DNA of 63,467 nt, counting the filler, from Lenisia limosa (Eukaryota; Protista; Breviatea): NCBI GenBank assembly GCA_001655205.1. It is 10 parts of 10 records of this genome, joined end to end, with 100 filler letters (N's around TTAATTAATTAA, not from the genome) between each part and the next. Parts side by side here need not be neighbours in the genome. Positions count along the whole stretch, not along the records: positions 1 to 19,037 come from LPNZ01006654.1; positions 19,138 to 23,180 come from LPNZ01009759.1; 8 more parts are not named here. One strand, written 5' to 3'. Shown here piece after piece: positions 11,901 through 23,135 of this stretch; positions within the stretch are counted from its first letter, which is position 1, and every line of letters begins with the position of its first letter. The notes beneath the pieces are model-generated. The model searched no databases. It saw nothing but the letters and a program-made list of their open reading frames with translations, and was not told the origin of the DNA. The position numbers and the translations under genes were made by a program.

Positions 11901-14900
11901 CAACACAGGTTTTACCGGGCTTTGTGAAGCGTTCGAAGCCGAAAGAGTGGTGGCGGTTTTAGATGACTACTTTGCCATCATGACAAGCTTGATCATTGTG
12001 GGTTGAATGGGTATAATAAGTTTTTGTGAGGGTGTTGTTTGGTGTATTTTTTAGGTGATGTTGTTCTATTATTGTGGTGGCAAAGTTTGATTACTGTGAA
12101 TATGACAAGCGTGATTTTATTTCGAATGTTTGGCTGTTACTAGGGCTTGGGATGGATGTAATAATATTCCCTTTTTAGATGAGCCAAATACTACTTTTAG
12201 CCCTTTATTTTTTAACTACAGACGCTGCCACCCCCTTTTTAGATGAGCCGTAATATTGACATCTGGAGAATTCAAAAGTTGAAACTGGTGCAATAAAAAT
12301 GCACCCGAATTTCCTGTCATGTGTTACGACATCTTAGTCAAGTTACAAAAACATGACGTTTTAGAGCTCCGGGGGCACCATTGGAGATTTCATTGGAGAT
12401 TCAATCTTCTGCTTCTGGAATGCGCCGAATTCGATCAAACAGCACTCCCTTGCTGCGATTGAAAATGCCCTCCAACAGGTATTTTTATCTGCAATATACA
12501 TGTTTGCTTCCCCTTTCTTCAGTTAACCCCCGAGCACCCCCCTGAGTGTGCTTATGTTATATTAGTCACTATTTTTTTATGGGTGCGAGTTAGTGTTACA
12601 ATGATGCAAAATCTCTCATATAACGATGTGGACAGCTTCAACCTTTTCTTTATTCTAATTTCTATCAATCAAATTACTTAAATTTCAGATTAAGGAAATG
12701 GACGACTTATACTCTTCAAAATGGGTGTCTTTGGGAATTCCTTCATTGTCTATCAGGATCGGTAGGGGTTGCAGTTTGTTGTTCATTCTTATACTGTAAA
12801 ACTAATATTATGTAATGTTTTTGGGCTTTTTCGATGCTTTATTGGCCGCCAATCGAGGGTTTATATCGCGTGTATTGTGATTTGTTGATGATTGATCGAA
12901 TTTTCAAGGATATCAAGAATTATCGAGAGTTTATCGACTCAAGTTGGTCAAAAGCCCATAAGTATATAAACATTTTATGGATGTATCTCCAATAGTCACA
13001 TCTCGCCTAAACAATAGTTAACATATGATAGGAACATGGATACCTCTCATATATATTTCAAGAATACTTTTCGCAACCACATGACATTGCAGGAATCCAC
13101 ACAGCTGAAGTGCTTGCAGGCAATGTTGGTTCAATGGAGAGAATGAAGTACACCGTCGTAGGCGACGGTGTCAATTTGGCGTCACGTTTGGGTGGGTGGC
13201 GTGGTGAAACTGGCATGGAAAATAATGGGACCTGGGTATAATTGTGGTATCCGGATGAAGAATAGCGGACTTCTGTAATTTATGTGACGTAGTATTGTTT
13301 TCAGCTTGTTCCGTACTATTGCTCTGTATGCTCAGTTAAAATTTGACTCGTTAACGCAGTTTAGAGGGACTTAACAAGCGTTACGCTACGGCAATCCTCA
13401 TGACTGGTGATTTGCTCGAAGATCTCGGGGCCGCTGCAGACCTCTTCGTATATAGGTAGTCCATTAATGTTGTGGATGGCACCGGCCTGTTCCCTCTTAT
13501 CATTTTTTAATTCGTTGTTCCCTCTTATCATTTTTTAATTCGTATTATTTTTATCCTAGGAATATACATTAACAGGATTATGCATTCGCTGTAACGTCTA
13601 ATTACTATCTGTACGAAACGTGATGGTGTGGTCGGCTTCGACCAGTGCTGCATTTTGTCAATCATACTATACCATGTACAACATTTTTCTTTGCATATCT
13701 GATATATAAATTACCGTTTGTAGACCCTTGGAAGTTGTGGTTGTGAAAGGACGGAAGGGTGAAACTGTTGTTTATGAAGTGAGAAGGGACAATTATTGGT
13801 AAATTGATATAAAAACCATGCAGATATAATTTGGTTTGTTATTTTTAGTTTGGTAGGATAGTTTTGTCTTGTTTTCTTCCAGCTCACCTTGATGATCATT
13901 AGGTTGTTGGATATCGCGACAGTGTTAATAGCAGTACTAAGGCAAAGGCAAAGGAGTTTACAAATGTGGGTAGGAATATATATGTATTATTGGATTTCGA
14001 TTTACTCTGAATATTAAGACAATTTGTTCAGCCTTGTTCTATTTTCGAGTATTTTTTTCAATTTTCTCTTTTTTTTTTTTCTCAATTTATTCTTTTCTTT
14101 CAATCAATTAATATGTACGTTTTTACTCCTCAGCTCCACCGGATGGTGACTGAAAATGAGGACCCAATTCTGCTCGAATCAAAACTCCGCGACTTCCTCC
14201 AAGAACACCCTGAAGACTCACCAGGTGGGAGGTTGGGGGAACTTGACTCTCGCGAATTAAGAACCTTTTAAATAGGTACCAGCTTCTTTCTAACGCCTGT
14301 TTAAATGAGAGTTATTTTATGAATTGCGCTTTTTAAAGGGTAGTCATTTTGAAATTAGACTGAATGTCGCGATAACTTCATTTCAGACTCTGTTACGTTT
14401 TGTAATTACTTCTAATCCATTTTCACCACTGGGCTGGGCTTAATTTTTTTATTGTTCTTAACCCTCTTGTAACATTTTTGATTTGTGGCGTGTTTGTTTC
14501 ATCAATTTTTCAATTTTACTCCCCCCCCCCAGCACTGCTTATGGCAGAAAAGATGGAAAACAATAGCGTAATCCATCTTGACGACAAATACTGTTCTTCC
14601 AGGGATCTTTATGAAGCTAAAGGTATTTTGGTGGATAAGACTAAAGGTATTATTGATATGGATTTGACTAAAGGCATTGTTTTCACATCGAGTTCCAATA
14701 TGATAGACCTATGCCCTATACATTATTTTAGTTGTCTCTATCGATATCTATATTGCTTCACTATTGTAGCACCTTCATCTCCAAGTGCCATGGTTGAACT
14801 CTCTTTACCTGTAAGCGGAACATGGAATGTTATCCAGCAACCCCAGATAATAACCCAGTATTCTTATCCCCCCCCCCCCTTTTTCGTACAACTCAAGCTT

Positions 14901-15550
14901 TACTAGCATCTACACTCTGTTTAAATGACAACCATAATCTCCTCAATTCAATCCAAGTTTGACCAAGTACATTTATACTCTTGTCATTTTTATTTTTTTG
15001 CCGTTATTTCCACTCCTCATTTTGGAACAAGGTATAATTCAAACCTGTTTTGTAAAATCCCACTTATTACACTGTACCTTGTAAATTGGGTTACCTGGAG
15101 AACACAGTTTTCTGTTTTGATTTTTTTTTTTTTGAATTTATTAATTTACAATGATGTAGATTTGATTTAGTTGATAGTTTTTTCACCACCACTCCCAGAT
15201 TGACGATAATGTCAGCGCAACACATTCGTCTTGCTCTCATGATTCTTCCCCATATGGTATGTCCCCTGTCCCCGACAAGGAAAGTTTTTTTCTTTGAATA
15301 TTGTTTTTTTTACCTTTCTAGTTCCCCTACAAGTAGCATCAAGCTTTGAAAGGTATGTTGGGGCAAAACAATCAGTTGGACATATGAGTTGTCAAATGGC
15401 ATTCGTTATAGTGTGGACCGCTTATCCTTTTTTTTTTTTTACAACTGCAAGTCATAAGCTATTTTAAATGATCTGATACTTTATAGAGAATGCAATCGGA
15501 TATGCAATACATGTTTTGAATCCCAAAAAGTTCAACTAACTATTAAGTGA
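5967..15550 (+). CDS. Receptor-type class III nucleotide cyclase: TM - Cache sensor - TM - HAMP - cyclase - C-terminal tail (many exons; termini approximate)
   Basis: TM1 ([26 protein letters not shown]); Cache motifs (WFTQ...FLWTPPF; [13 protein letters not shown]); TM2 and HAMP (ISKPL...[10 protein letters not shown]); catalytic motifs [73 protein letters not shown]. Confidence 0.9.
6640..6736. mobile_element. hAT-type MITE (family M) with perfect 8-bp TSD CTTCCAAT
   Basis: TIR arms CTTCACTTCGGTTCGA / TCGAACCGAAGTGAAGCCCTA; CTTCCAAT at 6632-6639 and 6737-6744. Confidence 0.9.
9995..10593. mobile_element. ~600-bp non-autonomous element with long imperfect TIRs (family L) in cyclase intron
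   Basis: 9995-10053 is an imperfect inverted copy of 10521-10580 (CATCAAAACTCCCGGA.AGCTTGAA); interior is homologous to 53326-53759. Confidence 0.75.
11175..11270 (+). repeat. 46-bp tandem duplication spanning a cyclase intron/exon boundary
   Basis: CATACTGGTT.ACA...ATAATGCAGGGG..AGAGTCAGCAAACGT twice; acceptor-like GCAG ends at 11200 and 11246. Confidence 0.8.
13488..13545 (+). repeat. 28-bp intronic tandem duplication
   Basis: GTTCCCTCTTATCATTTTTTAATTCGT twice in succession. Confidence 0.8.
14427..14532 (+). mobile_element. Family I repeat copy ending at a cyclase 3' splice site
   Basis: CACTGGGCTGGGCTT...AACCCTCTTGTAACA..TTTGATTTGTGGC..TTTGTTTCATCAATTTTTCAATTTTACTCCCCCCCCCCAG|; the phase-1 splice from 14224 restores ...[11 protein letters not shown]. 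Confidence 0.7.
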
Positions 15551-15860
15551 TCGCTCATTGAGCCGGAAAAAGAAGCCAAAAAAGCGTTTTGTACATCTTT
15601 TGGACAATTAGGAACTCAAGTTGAATTTTTGTAATCTTCAGGTTTTAATAGTTTTGAATTTTTATTTTCCACTGTTTTTTGTTAAATGTATTTTATTCTC
15701 AAGTTTCATTCTAACTGTGCATTTGTGACTGTGATGATCCGCTAAGTTTGCAACACGGACATTCTTCCTCAATCCTCGATAAGCATGTTTTTATCGGACC
15801 TCCTTCGGACCGTAGAGCGCCAATTTGTACCAAATACTATAAATACAGCGTCTTATAACA

Positions 15861-18838
15861 TCACAATTCGTCACCATCACTACCATCTTCGACCTCTTCT
15901 TGTAGAATAACCAGGGGGTCTTCGTCATCTACCTCGAGACCTGGAGGGGGGGGGGGTAAAATTGGAAAATTTATNNNNNNNNNNNNNNNNNNNNNNNNNN
16001 NNNNNNNNNNNNNNNNNNNNNNNNGGCTGACAACATATGAGGGCTGAACAACTAAACAAACAAAGCCCAGACCAGTCGCTTGCGACACTGCATACCATTC
16101 CAGCTCGTGAAATGGAAGAGGGGGTGAAATGGATGATGGGGGAGGTGCGTGTGTAATATACTATTTGAGAGAGTACTACAAACATGTACCTCCCTTCACA
16201 CCTTTCCTATAGGCGTTGAAACGTTCATCCACCGGACCATCGCGAGGACCTAGAATGGTCTCCACGTCAGCGTGCGAAAGAACCTCGTTTGAGAACAGGT
16301 GCTATGAATGGTGAATTGGGACGGGGGGTGGGGGGAGAGATTGGGCTTCACTTCGTTTCAAAAAAACTAGTTTATCGATAATTTTCGAGGATTTATAGAG
16401 ACATTCAGTCTTTTTTTAAACCGAAGTGAAGCCCTAGAAATAAAGATGTTGGGAATGGTGAAAATAGAGGTGAGAAATAGAACAAGGTTGTATCTGGCCA
16501 TCTCGATTAAAAGAGGTATTGGGTGAATCATATAGTATATCATAATGTTAATTCACCATCATTTGCCTTAAAACTCTATGCACACACAGCTTTCTCTGTA
16601 AAATAACGACTAATGATGCAGGAATCTTCTTGATATTGTTCAAGACTGCACTAATCCCTGAAAAAAAACCAATAGTATCTTAAACTCAAAAAACAAAAGT
16701 AGCAAAAATATATCTTTCTGTTTCCCAAGATTTTTGACAAATTTCTTCAAATAATAAATTAAATAAAACATTCTACTCAAAAAGAATGTGCCAAAACCAA
16801 CATCAGCCAGGGCATCCAGCTGCGGGCGGTGGTCTGCGATGATCTGTCGTGCCTTCGCAATTCCGTTGGTGATCAGCTGAAGAGGGGGGAGGGTAAATGA
16901 GAAAATTGAAAACAGAAAAATAATCAAGAATCAAACCNNNNNNNNNNNNNNNNNNNNNNNNNNNNNNNNNNNNNNNNNNNNNNNNNNNNNNNNNNNNNNN
17001 NNNNNNNNNNNNNNNNNNNNNNNNNNNNNNNNNNNNNNNNNNNNNNNNNNNNNNNNNNNNAAGGGTCGGGCTAATCTCGGCCCATCGCCGCTCCCGAAGG
17101 CTAGGGGTCCCAGGGTAGGGCTCATGCCGAGTTTTGTGACCTGGGGGGTGGGGTAAAAATTGTCAAATTAATGAAACAAAAAGAAAAGCCCAAAATCAAC
17201 TCTGTTGGCACACGAGGGTTGTAAAAAAAAAAACCCAGGCCAGTCGTTTCTGCAGCATCAATTCAGCGTACGTAAAGATAATATTGTTGTGGGGGGTACA
17301 TATTATCAACTATCTGGGTCCATCGCACCTGAGAGTAGGCAAGATGTGTGGCTTTCTGAAGGTCATCCACGGCTCCTGTGGTACTCGAGTCAAATACCTG
17401 GGGGTAAAATTGGAAAATTTAGGAAACCCAAGTCAACGTTGGATTTAGAAAACAAAACAAAACCCTTGGAGGTGGGTGGCGGTGGTTATGTGTGTATTTG
17501 TATGTGTGTATGTAGGTGTGTGTAATGTGTGTGTGTATATNNNNNNNNNNNNNNNNNNNNNNNNNNNNNNNNNNTTATCTCTTTTATTCATCATTATACC
17601 CCCCGGCCACCTCCATTTCAGCCGCACGTCCCCCAAGAATCACAGCCATTTGTTCGTCAAGCTGTGGGATGAAAATAGACAAAAGGGCAACAGATTAGCC
17701 GAAATGACAAACTGTGAAAGGGATGAGAGTGTTTGATGCAGTAAACCAGGCAATATGATAACCCATATCCACATGTGATACGATGCCGTAAAACAGGCAA
17801 AATAATAAAGAGAATTCAGTAACGTAAGCAAGAAAGCGAAGTAGTAGTGGAAATAGCACACTTCACAATTGAGATCATTCTGAAAACAAAATGCAAAAAG
17901 CCTTAATTACACTGAACACATCAAAATAACAAGGAAGGGAAGCACCATACCGCCTTGGCACCGTATGCTCCAAAGCAATCGACCCCTGACTTATTCCCCC
18001 TCCCTTCTACCTAGGGCTTCCCTACGGTCCGAAAAAGACCCGGAGAATATCGATATTTATCGAGGATTTATCGAGAAATTCAGTTTTTTTGGGACCGCGT
18101 GAAGCCCCTATTACCCGGCTGAGGAGAGGAACTTAGAANNNNNNNNNNNNNNNNNNNNNNNNNNNNNNNNNNNNNNNNNNNNNNNNNNNNNNNNNNNNNN
18201 NNNNNNNNNNNNNNNNCTCCAACCTCGGCTTTAGTGCGGATTTTGGCGTCTTCTGGCGTGTACATGGCGTAGCCAAGGGCATTTGCGCGGGGGATGATGG
18301 ATAGCTGCGAATCAATGTTTGAGTACACTCAGAGTACAATATTAGATCAAAATATTAGAGCAAAATATTAGAGCAAAATATTAGAGCAAAATATTAGAGC
18401 AAAATATTAGAGCAAAATTACAACTAAGGCTTCCCTACGGTCCCAACAAAGACTGAATTTCTCGATAAATCCTCAATAAATATCGATATTTTCCAGGTCT
18501 TTTTCGGACTGTAGGGAAGCCCTAGGTACAATATAAAGCAATAATATTAGGGTACAATACTACAAAATTAGAGCATAAATGTTGAGAACATCCTATCTTC
18601 ATCTACACCCATCCCAACATCTCGCCCCCCCACCCGTCATAAACACTCCATCAAGCCTTATCATCCCCCCNNNNNNNNNNNNNNNNNNNNNNNNNNNNNN
18701 NNNNNNNNNNNNNNNNNNNNNNNNNNNNNNNNNNNNNNNNNNNNNNNNNNNNNNNNNNNACAAGAGCATGACCAGCTTCATGGACTGCTATGACCTTTTT
18801 CTCCTCCTCAGCTACTGTCACACTTGGGCGCTCAAGTC
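15861..18838 (-). CDS. m-AAA/FtsH-family ATP-dependent Zn metalloprotease (AFG3/paraplegin-like); M41 peptidase exons only, AAA domain lost at contig break
   Basis: GLERP...KKVIAVHEAGHAL (HExxH), LSIIPRANALGYA, ILGGRAAE, TTGAVDDLQKAT, VTKLGMS, LFSNEVLSHADVETILGPR. Confidence 0.9.
15941..16110 (-). mobile_element. Family I repeat copy ending at FtsH last-intron acceptor (contains gap)
   Basis: Minus strand GCAAGCGACTGGTCTGGGCTTT...CAGCCCTCATATGTTGTCAGCC[gap]ATAAATTTTCCAATTTTACCCCCCCCCCTCCAG|. Confidence 0.7.
16341..16436. mobile_element. Family M MITE copy in FtsH intron
   Basis: GGGCTTCACTTCG...CCGAAGTGAAGCCCTA; no TSD retained. Confidence 0.85.
16470..16600 (-). mobile_element. Family B repeat copy in FtsH intron
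   Basis: Minus strand AGAAAGCTGTGTGTGCATAGAGTTTTAAGGCAAATGATGGTGAATT...GGCCAGATACAACCTTGTT. Confidence 0.75.
17141..17275 (-). mobile_element. Family I repeat copy ending at an FtsH acceptor (most complete copy)
   Basis: Minus strand GCTGCAGAAACGACTGGCCTGGGTTT...AACCCTCGTGTGCCAACAGAGTTGATTTTGGGCTTTT..TTTGTTTCATTAATTTGACAATTTTTACCCCACCCCCCAG|. Confidence 0.75.
17398..17460 (-). mobile_element. Family I 3' portion ending at an FtsH acceptor
   Basis: Minus strand CCAACGTTGACTTGGGTTTCCTAAATTTTCCAATTTTACCCCCAG|. Confidence 0.6.
18012..18110. mobile_element. Family M MITE copy with mixed-subfamily TIRs
   Basis: TAGGGCTTCCCTACGGTCCGAAAAAGACC...GGGACCGCGTGAAGCCCCTA. Confidence 0.85.
18338..18420. 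repeat. 13-bp minisatellite (CAAAATATTAGAG) x~6
   Basis: Direct tandem array; degenerate units continue after the adjacent MITE (18525-18580). Confidence 0.9.
18425..18524. mobile_element. Family M MITE copy (CCCTACGGTCC subfamily) adjoining the minisatellite
   Basis: TAAGGCTTCCCTACGGTCCC...CGGACTGTAGGGAAGCCCTA. Confidence 0.85.
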
Positions 18839-19081
18839 CTGGGAGGTAGGGTAAAATACTGGTTTTGAATTAGTAGATAAAAGAGAAGCCTGAGATAGCA
18901 CCCAGTAACCCTCTAAATGGTGGGGGGGTTATCAAATCAACTCTGTTGGCTAGCAACATAAACAAAACCCAAGCCATTTTTGCGGGGAATTTAGTAAAGT
19001 TTTAAACGGAGAATAGCTCAACAGCCCCCCCCCCCCCNNNNNNNNNNNNNNNNNNNNNNNNNNNNNNNNNNNNNNNNNNNN

Positions 19082-19093
19082 TTAATTAATTAA
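19082..19093. other. Artificial contig-joining linker TTAATTAATTAA inside N-runs; also at 23225, 38269, 44710, 53804, 55398, 57304, 59494 and 61234
   Basis: Identical 12-mer with stops in all six frames, flanked by about 44 N on each side; genes are cut mid-body at these points. Confidence 0.95.
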
Positions 19094-19232
19094 NNNNNNN
19101 NNNNNNNNNNNNNNNNNNNNNNNNNNNNNNNNNNNNNCACTCAGGTTGAAATTCGCACTCAGGTTGGAATTCGCACTCAGGGGGGTCGCCTTACATATAT
19201 GATATGCAGAGACATTTTACTTACCATTCTAG

Positions 19233-21700
19233 CCGCAGTCGTAGGTCGAAGCTGCCCTTTCCTAAGCCCCAGCTTTCTGAAGGTAATTGGGGGGGGGCAA
19301 GCTTTGAAGGGCATGAATGGGGTGTGGGTCTTACGTTTCCTGAAATGTGATGCTCATGTTTGTTATTTTGTTTTTTGTCTTGTTTGTTATTACATCCTCA
19401 GCAACCACACCCCCGTTTCTGCTCTTTATTGAGTGGCAAATATCTTGGGGCTTCATAACACCAACTCCTTCAAAGTTACGGATGTGAACCGCCCCTATCT
19501 ACTTCCCATTTNNNNNNNNNNNNNNNNNNNNNNNNNNNNNNNNNNNNNNNNNNNNNNNNNNNNNNNNNNNNNNNNNNNNNNNNNNNNNNNNNNNNNATGT
19601 ACAGTGACAGGGATAAGTCTTGTCCGATTTGGTATGTGATTTCCATTGGAAAATCGGCCAAGACTTATCCCGGTCCCTGTTTTTCACATAGCAAATCGGT
19701 CAAGACTTATCCCAGCCACTGTATATCACATAGCCGATCGGTCAAGACTTATCCCGGTCACCGTGCATATATCTAACTATCTAATTCTCCAGACCTCCTC
19801 AACGAAACCTGTATGCCGCCTAAATCGCAGTCCCCCCGTCGCTCACCAAGCCCCCCAAGAGACTATGACCACTTCTCACCATCCCCGCCCCGATATTCGC
19901 CAACTACGGCGTCACAACACAGTATGGCCACTCCAACGGACCCCCTTTCCCAATTAGGCAAGTCCAAGGAGCTACCTTCCATATCGGGCAAGTCCATGTC
20001 TGTCAATGCTAAGGCAATTCACGCCCAGCCTCCCGCGATGAACTTCAACTCGTGTTTTGATGATTCGGATTCTGATGATAGCCAAGGAAAAGCAACCGGA
20101 GCCCCCTCTTTTGGCAAAAAACCTACTACACCTTCCTCTTTTGGCAATAAGCCTACTACACCTTCCTTTTCTGGCAATAAGCCTACTACACCTTCCTCTT
20201 TTGGCAATAAGCCAACCACACCTTCCTCTTTTTGTAAGCCAACCCCACCTTCCTCTTTTGGCAACAGTGCTTCACCCAATTTCACAACAGGACACTCTCC
20301 TGCCAAATACGGGAAGCCTGACATCCCAATTCCCCCATCACACTCTTATTCAAGATCCAATCCAAGTAACCCCACTACTCCGAGCCCTTCCTATAATAAT
20401 GCCTCCCCCAATAGGGCAACTTACCAAAACCGGTCCCCATCCCACACTTTCCAAAACGGGATGCATGACAGAAATCTTCAAAACCGGGCTCCTCGCGCAC
20501 AATCCAACGTCAAATTCCCAAATACGGGATACGGCTTTGTACCCCCGCCCACTCAAACGTCACCAAATCATCCGAATTCTCTCCAAAATCCCCGCGCTGT
20601 ACCAATTCCCCCGTCGTCAGTCAATCCTCCGCATCCTGTCCCGAGTTCTTCAGCATACAGGAACCCCGTTATGTCTGGTAATAATCAAGGTAATCAACCT
20701 TATGATTTCCGGGTTTCGCATCAGAATTCCACGTCGTACCCCTCGAAACCTGCCGAAAACCCTCCCGATAATCCATCATTCCAAAGTTCACCTTCCAAAT
20801 ACGGGAAAACCCAAGCCGGCCCCAATAATTCCTTCTCTAAAAACGCTTCCCCTCAGCAGCCTGGACCGCCGCCCTCATCTGCCTACGGCTTCCGCCAAAG
20901 TAATCAAGGTAATCAAAGCAATCAAAGCAATCAAGTCCATCAAGCTCCCTATGGTGAATACCAGGGTTACCAGGGTAACGCAAATCAAAGCTACGGATTC
21001 CAGCCTCCCACCAACCCTCCCAGGACCAATCACAGTAATCCATCAGAATTCCAGGGCCCTTCATCCTACCAGTCTCACGGCAATCCATCACGTGACAACA
21101 GCTTCGCGTCTTTTGGACAGAAGCAAAATAGTCCTAATATGGCGCAGCACTTGCCTTATAAGGAACAGCACTTGCCTAATCGGGAAAACCCTCCGGTCAC
21201 CTCCAATGATTATCAGTCACGAGGCACTTTTGGCATGAAAAAGCGACAGCCAGCTCTCCCCCCTTCCGTTTCTAAGTACCCCCAACCATCATCATCATCA
21301 TCATCACACCACCCATCTCCTGCGTCAGAGTACCCTTCGTTTGCCTCTACACAGGCGTACGGCTTCAATCAACAAAAGTCCTCGGCCTATCACGGGGCTG
21401 GCTCTGCTTCCAGTTCCACAGCCACCACCTTGCCGCCGCCCTTCTCACACCCTCCAAACCAATCCCATTCCTACTCCCTCCCCCCGAAGACCCATGGTAA
21501 TCCAAGCTACCAACAAGGTAACCAAGGTAATCAAAGCAATCAAGGAATTCGCAATCCTGGTCATCCTCCTACCCCTCGCAGTTGTCACATTCAAACGTAG
21601 CGGCTGCTTACAAGAGATGCCCTCAGTAAAGTCTTCCCCCTCCAAAACTACCACTTTCATGAGCTCCGTACCTTATTCCCCTCCAAAACGTGAATATGGT
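19233..21700 (+). CDS. Pro/Ser/Asn/Gln-rich low-complexity protein (5' partial; one ~1.7-kb exon; 3' end unresolved)
   Basis: 595-codon ORF 19813-21600 preceded by an acceptor near 19791 and upstream exons RSRRSKLPFPKPQLSE / VANILGLHNTNSFKVTDVNRPY; SSFGNKPTTP repeats and NQGNQSNQ motifs. Confidence 0.75.
19598..19770. repeat. ~42-bp unit array: one inverted copy followed by three direct copies
   Basis: ATCGG(T/C)CAAGACTTATCCC three times (about 19651-19760) and its reverse complement GGGATAAGTCTTGTCCGAT at about 19610-19628. Confidence 0.85.
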
Positions 21701-22441
21701 AGGCTGCATTGCTAATTATGTCTGGCTCCTCTGACTTCATTTTTTAATTTTTTTGAGGAAATTAATTGACAAAATTTTAAAATAAAGTGTGTGAAATTGA
21801 ACTTCAATTTCTGCAATTGTTTTGTCAATTATTTGCATCCTGCTGTCTTATTTTGTGCTTTGGACGGCTTCAGCCAGATCCTAATTTCGTTTTATTATGT
21901 TTTTCATATGTCATTATCCACTAATTCAGTTTTCCTCTGACACATTCAGCCCCATCCCCCATGTTGCCTTTTTCAGTAGCCTTCTATTCCCTGCAGAAGC
22001 AGATTTTTTGTACCCCCTTGTTTCCTTCTAGTTATGTTTCATTTTAAGTCGTTTTTCCCCATGTTGTTTTCACTCTACTGATATTGATGAATATCCAGAG
22101 TCGCGTTTTGCGGTCGCCAGATGTGTGGAATTAAATTAAATCAGCGTACAACTCTATTTCTAGCCAGTACGAACTTATGTTACATCAGAGTACGATCTCG
22201 TGTTGCATACTCACTCTTGAAGTTGCGATTGGTGAACATGTGTGAAATCGATGAGACCATGTTCTTTTGAAAGAGAAACCAATACAGTAATAAATAAAAA
22301 TTAACATGACAATCCAAACTCTTGCAAAGTCGAGTTATTTGATTCCTTTTCGTACAGCGGGGGGGGGGNNNNNNNNNNNNNNNNNNNNNNNNNNNNNNNN
22401 NNNNNNNNNNNNNNNNNNNNNNNNNNNNNNNNNNNNNNNNN

Positions 22442-22729
22442 TTGAGACCCTTTGAAGGAGCCTCTCTTGCTCTTCTATTCCCTTTTCACCTAAATAAAAA
22501 CTATATTAGATATAAGCCAACCGTTAGAAACAAAACACACACACAAAAAAAAAAAAACAGTTCAACAAAGCAACATTTTATTACTGCTCAAACATCCTCT
22601 GAGAGCCTTCTTAAAAAGACAGGGGGAAACAGACTAGAACAGGCCCCATGATGGTTTTTGTGCTCTTAAAACATTTGCTGTGATTTGGTCAACTTGCTTG
22701 GGGTTCAGGTTGAACAGTTTTGCAAGAAC
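22442..22729 (-). CDS. Exon fragments of an unidentified minus-strand gene
   Basis: Splice-bounded frames VLAKLFNLNPKQVDQITAN and GEKGIEEQERLLQRVS. Confidence 0.4.
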
Positions 22730-22793
22730 CTGGGGGGAGGGGGAGTCAAATTGGAAAATTTATGAAACAAAAAAAGTCCAAAATCAACTCTGT
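22730..22793 (-). mobile_element. Family I repeat 3' portion ending at an acceptor (upstream part in gap)
   Basis: Minus strand ACAGAGTTGATTTTGGACTTTTTTTGTTTCATAAATTTTCCAATTTGACTCCCCCTCCCCCCAG|. Confidence 0.7.
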
Positions 22794-23054
22794 NNNNNNN
22801 NNNNNNNNNNNNNNNNNNNNNNNNNNNNNNNNNNNNNNNNNNNNNNNNNNNNNNNNNNNNNNNNNNNNNNNNNNNNNNNNNNNNNNNNNNNNNNNNNNNN
22901 NNNNNNNNNNNNNNNNNNNNNNNNNNNNNNNNNNNNNNNNNNNNNNNNNNCGGTGTTGGGTGGGGAGGATCAAATACAAAACAAGAAGAATTAATGCAAA
23001 ACCTTCCCCTCTCCCTCTAACAATAACCTCCAAAATACACACACATACTATATG

Positions 23055-23135
23055 TAGGGTTTCACTAAAAGACTGAATCTCGATAAATCCTCGATAAATA
23101 TCGATATCTGAACGGTCTTTTTCGGAGAAGCCCAA
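23055..23135. mobile_element. Family M MITE (internally shortened TIRs) with perfect 8-bp TSD ACTATATG
   Basis: ACTATATG at 23047-23054 and 23136-23143; core TCTCGATAAATCCTCGATAAATATCGATAT. Confidence 0.9.

Noticed and set aside
14270-14310. Cyclase stop near 14305
   Set aside because: Splicing 14224 to 14533 keeps the frame and restores the expected D.PA.LL...VI.L..K tail, so the gene probably continues.
19082-19093. TTAATTAATTAA as a biological motif such as a piggyBac TTAA site
   Set aside because: Always centred in a fixed-length N block; it is an assembly linker.
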